From the human T2T-CHM13v2.0 reference genome, Homo sapiens: DNA of 64,000 bases. The notes under the pieces are model-generated. The model made no database searches, was not told the DNA's origin, and was given only the letters and a program-made list of their open reading frames with translations. Made by a program: the position numbers and the translations under genes. Location: the NCBI RefSeq assembly GCF_009914755.1, contig NC_060947.1, one strand, 5' to 3'. Positions 14,094 to 26,797 of this stretch are shown one piece after another (within the stretch, counting starts at the first letter, position 1; every line of letters starts with the position of its first letter).

Positions 14094-17000
14094 TGTGAAA
14101 ACAGCATTAAAGTGATTCCATATCAACTCCAAAAGTTTACCACAATGGTTCAGTTTACATGAAACAATGATGGAAATATACATAGCAAGTCTTAGCAGGG
14201 AGAACAAAGCTTACTATGATTTTCACACACTTCCATGAGCAATATCCACTGCACAACATGCCTTCCTGCAGCTATTAACCAGCAGCGTCTGACATGATCT
14301 AGTATTTGTGAGGTGCCAACTAAGAGAAATATATTGTTCAGAAACTTGAAAAGACTATTTCCTTCCTATAGCTAATTTAAAGGCACTGCTCTATGGTTAT
14401 TCATTATATTATTAATATTATTTCTCTGAAGGCCTCATTCATGACCTTTTTAAGTTAAACAGGTAATTTGTCATTTTTGATGTTATTGAAATCACCAGAA
14501 TTTCTATTTCTATTTAGGCAGTGTCTACAAAAGTAAACTGAAGTGGAGGGTTGAGTAATTCTCTCCTGGTTCTGGGTCCTACAGTCAGTGGAAATGTCAA
14601 TTATGGATTAATGAGAAGCTTGAATCTTTATTCTGAATAGCAATTATTTGGTCTAAAATATTCAAATGCCTCAGAGCCCTACTTTATTTTCCCCTTGTAG
14701 ACATAAGAACAACAGGTTAAAATAATTTTTAAAAATTAAAAAAAACCATCATTTCCTATAAGATAAACAACACAATTTCCCTTCCTCGATTTTCCCTTTT
14801 AAAACACAATCCTATCAACCAGTAGAAACTAAAAAGGCATTAAATAAATAAATAAATAAATAAATAAAACAAAATAAAATTCCAAATTAGATTAAGGGCA
14901 GTTTTGTACAAAGTAAGTTATTAAAATTCATTTGAGTTCCCATTAGCTTTTAAATTAACAAAGAATAGATCCTTAGGAAATCTGAAATTGAGAGTTAACA
15001 ATTATCAGGTGAACTTGATATATGTCACCAGTTATTCTAGGTAAGTGAAGCCACAAACAGGATATTTTATTTTAGTTCAGCCCATCTGACCACAGTGACT
15101 AATGGGATGAGCACTAGAAATGATGCCAAACCTTGATTTGATGCCACTTGTCTACATAACAGAAGTGGCTGGAACCCAAAGCTCTGTGCTCAGTACTCAT
15201 AAATAAATAAAATAACACAATCCTACGGTGTATCTCCTCAGATGCATAAGGCATTTAGTCTAAAAGTACTTGCATATGCTATCTATACTGTTCACACCTT
15301 CAGCATACCTATGTATACGTGTAAAGCAACAACAATCTTAATTTATATTCTCTCTCTCTCTCTGTTTCTGTGTTTACTTTTCTTACCATAAATATATGAA
15401 CCTTAAACCCACTGTATTGGTCAATATAGTCAGTTACATTCATTTCTGCCCTCAAGTTAACCGTAATGCAATTAGTTCATTTTCCACAACAGTAATAATT
15501 TGGGTAAAGTCATGGATTGATAATTTTGGTCATCTTTAAAAGAACCAAATACAAATCACAATTCACTCCATAAGTGGGTAACTAACCTGTAACCAGGCAA
15601 ACTGGCAATGGAATACAGAGGTACTGAAGGGTTTCTAAAAGTATTTGAGCAGATAGTTAAGACTGAATATTAGTATTTGCTTATCTGAAGTTATGTCAGA
15701 ATCCAACTGATTCAAAAGAATGGGCAAGAATCAAAGCATGTTGATCTTGGCACTGTCAGACTCTTCTCCAAAGGGGCTGCCAGTGGGAAGGAACACAGAT
15801 TGAAAATATGTTTCTAAAGAAAGCGTTTTTTTTAACAGAGATTTAGCAGTTAAGTTGAATATAAACAGTAGGCTAAAGCTATATCTTACCCTCAAATCTG
15901 GGTGAAATGATCAGTTTGGTTACTGCTTTATATTTTTCTGAAAAATAATGGAAAGACAAATATATTTAACAAACTGTGGCTTCAGAAATATCATTGTAGC
16001 AAACAATTTTATTAATACTTTCATAAAAATGGCAATTAATAAATTCTAATACCTTGATGTTATTAAAAGCAAACAAAAGTCATTAAAACAGTTCTTTTCT
16101 GTGATTTACATGAGCTTTTACAGCATTACTTGATTTTTCTCTTACAAATTAACCTAAAATACTGATAATCAAATCAGGGTAAAAACAATACAATATTTTT
16201 TTTACTTTATTTTAAAATAGTGATTATAAATACATTCTTAATATAGTTTCTCCCCAACTCTTTGGATGCGACAGTAACAACAAAAAAACCTCAGTGTGCT
16301 CATTTCATACAATGTCAATGTACAAATCATGCAAAAAATGTTATAGATTAATATTACCACCATACATTTCTAGACGTGTTCTGTTATTTCTGAAATACCT
16401 GTTGATGTTACTCATAAGGTCATGCCCTGTATAATTTATGCATCCTTATGGCTTAAAGAAAAGTAAATGTTTAAAAAAAGCAACAAAAGAAAGATGGTCT
16501 TAAATAAATTTCTAATTCATATATTTTTTCAGTCTATTCAGAATGAAAAACTAAATATAGAATATAAATTGCCTTATAGACTTGAATCACTCTACTTTAA
16601 TAGCTGCTTTCTCATAAAATTACACAAAGTCTTACTTTTAAAGAATTGAATCATCTTTATTGATTTCATAAAAAAATAATTTAAAACTTGATTTATATTA
16701 CATGGACACAATATATTATCTCAACCCCTTCACTGATTTCATAAGATCTAAATTTGTTTGCAATCATTCTAACGTAGTCCATACCCATGACTATAGTGCC
16801 AAGAAGCCCATGATGTGTCAGCCCACATTAGAAATGAGCACTTCTTGGATTTTATAGGTTTGCATCCAAGTTCCACTAAAAATGCTGTACTGATGTACAT
16901 ATCATACCTCCAGGGGTTAAACTAACATCAAGGTTATAGTTGAAGCCAACAAAATGTAGATACAGCATTTTAACTGTTCTTGTACTCAACTCAAAACTTA

Positions 17001-17761
17001 TACCTAACTACATTATCATAAAATGTACAACTAGAACTAATGAGAGACAGGTGCAAAATTGTATACACTATATAATGTAGGCACAATGACTTTAGTTAAG
17101 GAAAATATATTAGCCTTAACCAAGAATTTGTTACTTTCATTTACAATTTGAACCTCCAAATAACCACATATGTTAAATTACTTTTTAAAAAAAGTTGAAC
17201 ATTTATACCTTTTAGCAGAAGAGTATGAGATAGCCAATATGCTACAGCAAGCTTTTGAGATGGTGGCAGGTACTCTTGCCATTGAGAATTCTGCAGAAAC
17301 CTTGAAACATCTTCAGAACATCACCACACTGAATAAAAGTATCATTCAAATGACCTATTATCCCCAGACCATGAATGGAACTTTCTGATTCCTCCTATAA
17401 GTGTCTATTTAAGATCCTTCAAGCCATACTTTATTGACAGACTAAACTAAAACACTTTCTTTGAAGCCTTTGCATCTTTATCCTGTCAGTATACATTAGG
17501 AGCCCTTTAATCCATGGATGTGTGCATGCATGGTAATGGCATATCAAAAGTCCTTATGAAATTGTAGATGAAAAAAGCTGTTGGGCACACATCTTGTCTT
17601 TTCTTTCAAGATCAGAAAGCAATTATTTGTTTGAATTATTTTATATTCATATAAAGTTTTCACAGATGTCATAAAAATTAAAATTACACACTAAAGTTTT
17701 AAGAGCACCAGCACATACACATGGAGACGGTTTTTGCTATTTAAAAAAGATTTCCAAATTA

Positions 17762-18212
17762 TCTATATGTATGAATATATACCCACATATATATATACAC
17801 ACACTCAGACACACACACACATACACACACACCCAAGAAAGCCAAGCTTCTTTTTTTTGTCTTGCAACAAACACATAAAGCCCTGAAATTAGTGATTAAT
17901 AAAGGAACAGCTACTGCAACTATAAACATAGTATCATTTTGGAAGCTGCAACAGAAAAAATATGCCACTTGCAATCATGAGGAATGGCTATGTTTACCTT
18001 CTTGGTTATCTTACTGATTCATAAGGTAATTATAAGAGATAGGACACACACTCTCACACATGCACACACACACACTATATATATATGTATACACACATAC
18101 ATATATGTATATATATACACACACATATATATACACACGCATATATATATACACACACACATATATATATATGTATATCTATATATATCTATATATCTAT
18201 ATATATATATGC
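17762..18212. repeat. Two compound (TA)n/(CA)n microsatellites (17762-17832 and 18045-18212)
   Basis: Directly visible. Confidence 0.95.
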
Positions 18213-19363
18213 AGGCAGGCCAAGAAGACAATGTGTTTCTGAATATCACTTTGTTAATCGGGAGCTCCTACAAAAGTTCCGACATCACCCATTATCAGTT
18301 ACTTTATTCCTTTAACAAATTTTGACTTAGATCTTAGCAAAAGCAAACACAGGGGCATATCATTTGTAGTTGCAGACTGTGAACTCATCTGAAACCAATG
18401 CAAGCATTTTTACAGTGTGGCTTTCATAGCCAAGATTACCATGATGTTTACAGTTCTACTAGATTATCTGATAGTAGTCTGAATGATGAAAGAACAGGAT
18501 ACTGATGCATACAAGATATAACTATTAACCTTATTCATTATTTTTTAAATACTTGTAGCGAAAACTATTTGAATTAAGCTCATAGAATCCTGAAAAGCAA
18601 GACAACCGATGGCAAATAACAACTGCCCCAGACACAATACTAGAAAACTAAGGAACTTATTTTTGAATGCACAATTGGTAACAAATCTGAAGATAATACG
18701 CTAAATTCACAAGAATAGCACAGAATTGACTGTTCTTTTGTATTTTTTTCTTTTCTGTTTGTTTTAAAATTTTTTTGTTTTTAAGTTACACCTGATCACA
18801 AAGTCCAGAATATTTCTGTTCACACCAGCTTGTTTCAGTTTAGTATATTTCTTTCTGTCTACATTTATACTTACTGATAAATTCACTGTGATCAGGAAAA
18901 CAAGTCAGGCATATTAAATACATATTAAGGAGTACATATTTTCCTATTTAGTATACAAAGTACTTCATAAATATGAATTATGTTACAAAAATAGCTTTGG
19001 GTGCGCTCACACAGTAAGCACTCTGCTTATTTTGGACAACCTTGAAGGATTGTGGGTGTTTCACGTAACTGAGAACAAACTCTAGTGTTAGTTTAATTTG
19101 AGCCATGTTTAATTCTGATAAACGTCACATATTTCTTCAGATCATCACAAATGCTATCTAACTCACGTTGATTTTTTCTTTTAGATTTTTATGTATAGAC
19201 AGGTAATGCTTAAAGTGTTCAAATTTATTTTATAGTTATGTAATGTATGTTATATTTTAAACAAGTATTTGCACAAATTAACATTATAAATCCAGCGGTT
19301 TCAAGATGCAGGCCATAAAGGTTACCAATTTACAAATACTATCGAGTGTTCTCTCTTTGCATG

Positions 19364-19364
<1 letters not shown>

Positions 19365-19405
<41 letters not shown>
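19365..19405. repeat. T41 homopolymer (A41 in the mRNA sense)
   Basis: Directly visible; no adjacent Alu or L1 body. Confidence 0.97.
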
Positions 19406-19411
<6 letters not shown>

Positions 19412-19872
19412 CAGATAATCTTTACACGGAGTTGTTACAATGCCACAAATCAAAAGGATTATTCCAGTTCCACCAACTTAATCTACGTGCAAGATAAAGG
19501 ACCCAGCTGGTACAGGTGTACCAGTTTTCTTGAGTTTGCTTTACAAAGCACAAAGAGACGAAGGTTTTGCATTGGGGTACAAAACAGATTTGCCTCTTGA
19601 GGTTAAATTCAGTATTATGTGTATAAAGCATCCCTTTGGCAATAGAGTTTGCAGTATCCCCACAGGACTCCACAGTATAGGTTTTATGTAGTAAAATCTA
19701 TTAAACAAATTCTCTTCTACTTGACACATCTTTGCAGCTACAGTTAATGAGACACCCTTGGAAACACCTGCCTCCATGCCTATTGATAATATAGTATTTG
19801 GAAGTTAGAAGTCAACAAAAGGCACTTTCATCATTAAATAAATGTCCTCTGTATGAAGTAAGATTACATGAC

Positions 19873-22386
19873 CTAGATCTTGTTCAAAGCTGTTTGCTCC
19901 TCAAGGACCTGTAGGTAGTCAGGGGAACTCTGCAGTTTCGCCTTCAGTTCAAAATACTCACTCTTCCTTTGTTCCACAACAATTTTACTGTGGTTGCCAC
20001 CTATCAGTGACTTCTTACTTTTTTTGTCTGGTTGTTTTTCTGGATAGCGGATCTCAAAGCCACTGACACCTATGCTATTATACTCCTTTTTGCTTTCAAG
20101 AAAATTCTGAATAAACACATTGGAATCCCTGCTAGGGAATAATTCATCCAGCTCATCAATTGTGCTCAGTCTCTTCCTGGTATCTACATGTAATAAATCT
20201 TTCTCCTTGTCGGCCACATTTCTCATAACAACTTTCTGTCCTGGAGGATCTGAAAACATGAACCCAGTTTCTGACTCTTTCAAGCCACAAGTGTGGCTCT
20301 TGCTCATCTGTTCTATAGTTTGTGGAATGAAAGCTTCTGTGCTCAGTCCATCTTTTTTATTGGTTTTGTGGTCATGCTTCCTTAGCTGCAGCTGCATGGA
20401 GCCACAGTCAGGATTCCCCAGGCCTTCGTGCTTCACTGTGGGTTTCTTGTTGCGTCGCAGGACAAAAACAAGAAGGCAAAAAGCAACAAACACCGTTAAA
20501 ATGAGGACCACTAAGATACTTAAGATTAAAATAGACAGAGGCACTGGCCCACCAGGAGGACTTCGAATGGGACCCAAAGGAGTGGTGAATGTAATGGCAG
20601 GTGCAGGGCTTGTGAATGGTGCAGACGGCTTATTTAAAAGTTTGGGACATAAGATTTCATTTTTGAGGGACTTCAGTTCAATGTTGGCAAACTGAACAGG
20701 CGTCTCACATTTCAGTTCTTTCACAACAATCCCGTCGCTCAACTTCTCCACCCACAGCTTTAATGCCACCAAGTCACAAGTACAGTCCCATGGGTTGCCC
20801 TCCAAGTCAATCTGTGTAAGAGATTGCAACTGATCAAGGACCCCACTGACAGGCAGGTACATGAATTTGTTGTTCCTCAGGTTCAGTCTAGCTAAGGGTG
20901 CTCCGGAAAAGATGTAAACAGGCAGGCTCTTTAGGAGATTATTGTTTAAGTACAGTAACTGCAAATTTGGCATGGAGTCAAAGGTGCCTGCTGAGATTTC
21001 CTTAATCAAATTGTATTCCAAATACAGATACTGCAGGTTATGAAGACCTGAAAATATTTCAGGATAGAGTCTCTCAATTTGATTGCCATTGAGATATAGC
21101 CTGCGTAAATTAGTGAGATTGTGAAATACGTCTCCCTTAATCACTGTAATTTGATTGCTGCCTAAATGAAGCAAATCCAGTCCTTCAAAGTCAGTGAAGT
21201 CTGATACGTCCACATCCTTGATGCTATTGCCATTGACGTGCAGCTTCTTCGCATTTAAAGGTTTCGGTATCAGTTCAGACATAGACTGTATATTTTTCTC
21301 TTGGCAGTTCACACTTAGTCCCAAATCTGAAGGGTGTGTTTTGCAGAAGCAAGGTGCCGGGCAAGGTGTTAGAGGAGGCACCCTTGTTTGGTAAGACACA
21401 ATCTGACTGAGATTGCGGTTGGAGAGGGCTTTGCCTGCAACGATTCCAGAGATCTTGGAAGGATTTGTTGTTTTTGGTGGTTTAGTTACTAATCTGTGTA
21501 AAGATGTTTGGGTAGTGTGACCATTGGGAGTGGTGTAGCCATTTTCCAGCTGAGATGGAGGCAGGATGCGCACGTCAAAATCACTGCCGGTGCCCATGGG
21601 ACATAGCTCTTGTTTGTTGGTTTCTTTTAAAAGCCTTCCATATAAGTCACTGGGAGTTTCACAGATAGCTTCTCCTATGTAAATGTTATATGGCATGTTC
21701 TCCAGCCAAGCTTTTAAGGGCAATAAATCACAGCTACAGTTCCAAGGGTTATCTTCCAGTTGCAATTCAACGACACGGCCAATGTGTTCCAGAACCCCGA
21801 TATAAGGGAGCTTCTGGATTCTGTTCCCTCGTATATCCAGATGGGTCAAAGATGCGAATCGGAAAATATTATCAGGAAGGAATGAAATCAGATTGTCATT
21901 AAGAATGAGAACTTTCAGTTTGTGGAGCTTATTGAAGGCTCCTCGTTCAATATACTTGATTAAATTGTAGTCAGCCTGGAGATACTCCAAGTTCTCTATG
22001 CCAAGGAAAGTGTCAGCTCGGAGAATCTTTAATTCATTGTTGTTCAAGTGCAACTGCTTTAATGCACTGAGCCCAAGAAAGGCTCCTCCCTCAATGTTCT
22101 GCAGTTTATTATTCCCCAGATGCAGGGAGACTGCATGTGAAAAATTCAAGAATGTATTTGGATACAGAATATTTAAAAAATTATTTTGGAAATTGAGGTG
22201 ATAAAAATTAGACCAAGGTGGTTTCAGCTGATTTGGTCTGTAGACTGAAACCTTCTCACAGTTGACATAGAGCACATTCTCAACTGACACGCAGGAACAC
22301 ACATTGCAAATTTCCACCGATATGTCAGAATCTGCATTTGTCGAAGAAATCAGGGCTGACAAAATCAGAAACAGCCACAGAAACAT
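19873..22386 (-). CDS. SLITRK4: SLIT and NTRK-like protein 4, 837 aa, single coding exon
   Basis: Signal peptide [18 protein letters not shown]; two LRR clusters with cysteine caps (NPWNCSC, NPWDCTC); transmembrane helix [25 protein letters not shown]; Trk-like tail SEYFELKA...PDYLQVLE. Start placed at Met40 of the 876-aa ORF (context AAGAAGATG) because the upstream codons cross a splice acceptor. Confidence 0.98.
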
Positions 22387-22436
22387 CTTCTTGCAATCAG
22401 CAAACAACTGTATGCTTCTGAATAAAGAGAAATAAT

Positions 22437-22475
22437 CTAAAAAATAAAAAGAAAACATTTTTTCAATGGTCATTA
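22437..22475 (-). other. 3' splice acceptor of the coding exon
   Basis: Minus strand TAATGAC...TTTTCTTTTTATTTTTTAG|ATT, 50 nt upstream of the ATG. Confidence 0.8.
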
Positions 22476-24859
22476 CTTGAAAAATTACTTGTATGTAAAT
22501 CATACCATAGTGAACACATGGCTATAATTACCAGAGTTGTATTTGTAAGGCAATCAAACCTCCAAATAGTCTCACTCAGTCGAACAATAATAACCACTAA
22601 AACTGCCATACATTTTATTTTCCATACCTGTGGTTTATACCAAATTCACATGTGCAGAACACACAACTAACAGTAGGAAAATATATTATCAATCATGCTT
22701 AAATCTTGCAATCTGAAAATATTTTTTCCACGTGGACCGTCAAACTCTGCCCTTGAACACAGGCCTTAAGCTTCCTACTTGCACTTCAAATGACCGAGAC
22801 CATCAAGTATGCCATCGAGTTTGTACCACAAAGCCATTTTGATTAGTGGATATCTATTCTCTAAGCTTCAGCTAGATAGAGAGGCTGAATTAAAAAAACA
22901 AAAACAAAAACATTAGAGCCCAGAGTTCACTGGAGGATGGAAATGGGAGGATTGGGCTGCTGTAGCAGGGACTGTTAAAAGACTAAGGAACAGTGACCTG
23001 GGAAGAGATTTGCTTGTGCTGTAGCCCCATAGGTAAGTTCATTGCTGTCAATCGGTTTACTCCTGTACACTGCTGCCTTCAAAGACACAGACGACGCTGT
23101 GCGGTTCTAGAAAAACAACTGAGTAAGGGATGGCCAAATTTTATTTTCTGGTAAATAAACAGTCTCTAATTTCCTGTCAGTCATCTCCCAAAGAGGGAGC
23201 AAAAAGCCTTTTGTCTTGGAGCCTCTGAAAGCAGCAGAGTAACCTGCTTACTCCTGCATTGCTTAGCTAATCTCCAGGCAGTCTTTCCACTTTGAGAACT
23301 GGCTCTCTTGCCTCCCTGGCCCTCTCCCACATCTTTATTTACCATTTTGAACCCAGGTCCGACTGATCCTCGGCTTAACTGCTTTATCTCTTTCACTTTG
23401 ACCACAGACTGCAACTGCTGAGGAAGGGGAGTTCACACAACACAATCTTTGAGTAGCTTTTGCTACAGCACCAAATATGTTCAGTACAGCACATTTTTCG
23501 TCCTAAAATCATCAGTTCCAAACACCCACCCGCCCTTCCTAATATTACCACCCCATGTCCCTGACTGTAAACGCATAAAGAATCACTTGTTGGTAGAGTT
23601 TAATGCTTAGCAAAATAACTCATCGTTTTCAGGTCCTTAAATACTGCATATATACACAAACATACACGATGCTTCCTGGAAAAGATTAAACAACACAAGC
23701 AGAGTGCATTTTATTGATACTATTTTAGCAATATTAGTCTTTTCCATTGTGAATGGGAAGCTGGGTGCAATTTCAATATCGTTATCTCCAAATATTAATT
23801 AAATACATAAAATACCCAGGAACACACAACAAGGAAATGATGCAAAGAAAGAAGTGTCGCACAGAAACTCCTTTGTTTATTTTACCCACGAGGAATCAGC
23901 TAGTGGTAAAACCGAACATGTCTCAAGGTAGACAACCCATTAGCCATGACCCAGGAGGATTTGCATTTTAAGTAGTTTGGTTCAGAATACAGCCAGCACT
24001 GCTGAGATGCTATTTGGCTGCCATATAGACGTGCATTTCCCCTATTCACCATGAGAGCATGATTGGCATTGCAAAAAGAAGTCATAATTCTTAACTATGA
24101 CATCACCTAAAGCAACTTTCATTGTAAAATCAAAATTTCACTTGATATTTTTTGCCTTGTTATGAATGTGGTTTTCAACAGCTATTTTGGTTCAGTTGAG
24201 TCATTTCTTGTTACTAAACCACCACCCCACCCACCTCAAAACAAAGAAACCCAAAAGCAACCAAACTAAAAACCAAACGCAGAAAAAAAAAAATCCTTAT
24301 AATCCGAATTCAGTACAAAAACAAGAACCAGGAATCTCAACACATCTGAAAATGCATAAGGAGCTGCCCTCCTCCTGGTGATTGCTACTTTAAGTAGCAA
24401 GGGGGGGAAAAGGCACTAGTAAGAGCCAGGAAGTTCCCAAATGCAGCTCTTGTGAAACAGAGGAAGCCACAAGCAGCTGGAGGGGCAGGCAAGAGAGAGA
24501 AAGAGTCCAGTTGGTCCACCAAGGAGAGAGGAAAAGAGGTACTGAAAGGGCAAGAGACCATGGAAATGTGGAGAAAGGAAGAAAAAGAACTCGGAGAAGG
24601 GAGCTACAAAGAGGGTAAAGGGAGCACTGAATGTATGCGAATAAAGCCTCACACTCCGGTGGTACCACTGAAACATGCACATTTAAACATCAAGGGAAAA
24701 ACGCAAAAAAGAAAAGAAAAAGCCCACAAAGTACCAGCTGGGTACCAAGAGCCTTCTCTGTGGCTGCTGGGAGCTGTCCGTCTTCCTCTCGGTGCCCTGA
24801 AAGACCCTTGGCTCTCACGACCAGCCAGGACTGAACAAACCTAGCCCGACCAAAAACAA

Positions 24860-26758
24860 ATCCTGCATCCACCGGAGTGCAGCGCCTGGCACTCCGCGAC
24901 TGGGAGGAGAGAAGCGGCCTGAGGGGGGCAGAACACTGATGGGCTTCAGGGCGGTGGGCCGAGGTGGCTCCCCGAGAGCTCCCTCGGGAAACCCCGCTGG
25001 CCCGCCTAAGGCTCGGATGGAGGTGGAAGAGGTTCGCGGAGAGACCCGGCCATTGCCGCCCGGGTGCGCTACCTCGGGCGGGCGGCGAGGAGGCTGGAGG
25101 GGCTGCTGGCGCGTACCGCAATGTTTTGCCGCATCCCTGTTCCCGGAGCCGGCCGCTCAGCCCCCTCCGCGTCAGGGGCCCAAGCAGCAGCCTGGCGGTC
25201 CGTGTAGCGGAGGCGGGGTACCGCGCGGGATGTCGCGGGGGCCTTCAGTCCCGCCGCTCACACATTTCTCCGCGCGCTCCCGTCCCACAAGGGGCAGCTG
25301 CCGGAGTTTCAGTGGACCTCTCTAGACCCAGGCGTGCGGTGGGTGAGGAGGAAGAGAGGCCAGATCAGGCCGCCTCGAAGACGTTGGCACTAGGGAGTCA
25401 CTGACCTGCTTGCCACGGGCAGAGTGACCCTGTGGTTTTGTGGCTGCGAGCGGCGGCCCAGGCTCCCCCTTGCCTGTTCTCCCTCCCTGGCCAGCTACAA
25501 AAATCCTGCTCTCACCATGCCAGAAATCAGCTCAACATTTAGGCCCCTTGCAAAGTCGCGCTGGCAGCGCTCGCCTGGCTTTGCAGAGCTTTTAGAGTTA
25601 CCCACCGGCTCTTCCTCTGGTATTCCTAGTCTTGCCGAGCGCTAGCAATCTCCGACCAACCCGCGGGCCACTGCCCCGAGCCTCAGATCCACGTCTGCGG
25701 AAAGTGGCTGCGAGTGGGGTGCAAAAATAAAGCCCAACCCAGCCCAGCGGCCCGACAGCCGGAGCCACCCGAGACCTGTACAACTTGCCCCGCCGCCCTG
25801 GCCGCTTGGGGTATGGTGGGGCGGGGGGGGGCGGGCAGCGATGCCAAGGACACCCGGATCCTTTCCGGTCCTCAGCGGCATGAGACCGCGTCGTAGGCAG
25901 GCAAGTGGGAGGTGGAGGGCAGGATTAGCCACCTCGGCCACTTTGGCCACTCAACCGGCCCCAAACCAACAGGACCCAAACTAAAAATAATAAGCTACCT
26001 GCCCCCTCGGCTCGCGTGCGCGCGCGCGAGATCTCTCTCTCTCTCTCTGTCTCTCACACACACACACGCAGGCACACGCGCTACTGAGCTGAGCGGGGAA
26101 GAGGCAGCACGCGTGTCGGTGCAGCTTGTGCAGCCCCCGCTGAAAATTCACCCACCTCTAGAGCCCAGCGTCTGGTGCAGGGCCCGCGGCGCCGTGACCT
26201 GCGCTGCTGTTTCCACGATGGTATCTATGTGATTCCGGACAGAGCTCCTCCGCGCCCGCTCGCCCGTCAAACCCACGGAGCAGCCCCAGCAGGCGAGCAG
26301 GCGGGCCGGCGGGCAGGCGGGCAGCGGCGCGCGCGCGCACCCGAGCAGACACCGCGCGCGCACCCAGCGCCTAGCACACGGGCTGCACCTTTACATACAC
26401 GCGCTGAATCCCCGCCCCCGCTCTCCACCACCCCCCCCCCACCCCGCACACAAGCAGTCCTTCCTCCCGACACTCGACCACTTTGACCCCCTCACATTCC
26501 TGAGCTCCTACCCCCGTCCCCCATCCAGACATGCCCATTTGATTCCTCTTCTACCCACACACCCAGAAAGACAGCGCGCTTTCCTCCCGGCATCCGCCCC
26601 CTCTTTTTGCCTAAAACATTCCCTAGGGAGGAGCGACCCCTTTCCTCAGGCGTGGAGACCCCAGTCCTCTAACAAGGGCGCACTCGCCTCCATCCCCCCC
26701 ACCACATACACACACACTCGAGCCCTTTTCTTCTCTTCCAGTCCCCTAATAACGAAGG

Positions 26759-26797
<39 letters not shown>

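Larger units (their letters stand above)
14065..19872 (-). other. SLITRK4: Inferred long 3' UTR of SLITRK4 (about 5.8 kb)
   Basis: AT-rich, free of Alu and L1, running from the stop codon to the distal AATAAA; other AATAAA hexamers at 19224, 16206 and 16008. Confidence 0.6.

Noticed and set aside
20120-22201. Plus-strand ORFs opposite SLITRK4 (191, 66, 70 and 67 aa)
   Set aside because: Antisense shadows of the coding sequence, mostly with non-ATG starts and no recognisable domain.
22387-22503. 39-aa N-terminal extension in the 876-aa ORF call
   Set aside because: It crosses a polypyrimidine tract and acceptor AG and would displace the signal peptide. It could only be translated from an intron-retaining RNA.
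26236-26250. REST/RE1-like CGGACAGAGCTCC
   Set aside because: Only the right half-site is present; no TCAGCACC left half nearby.
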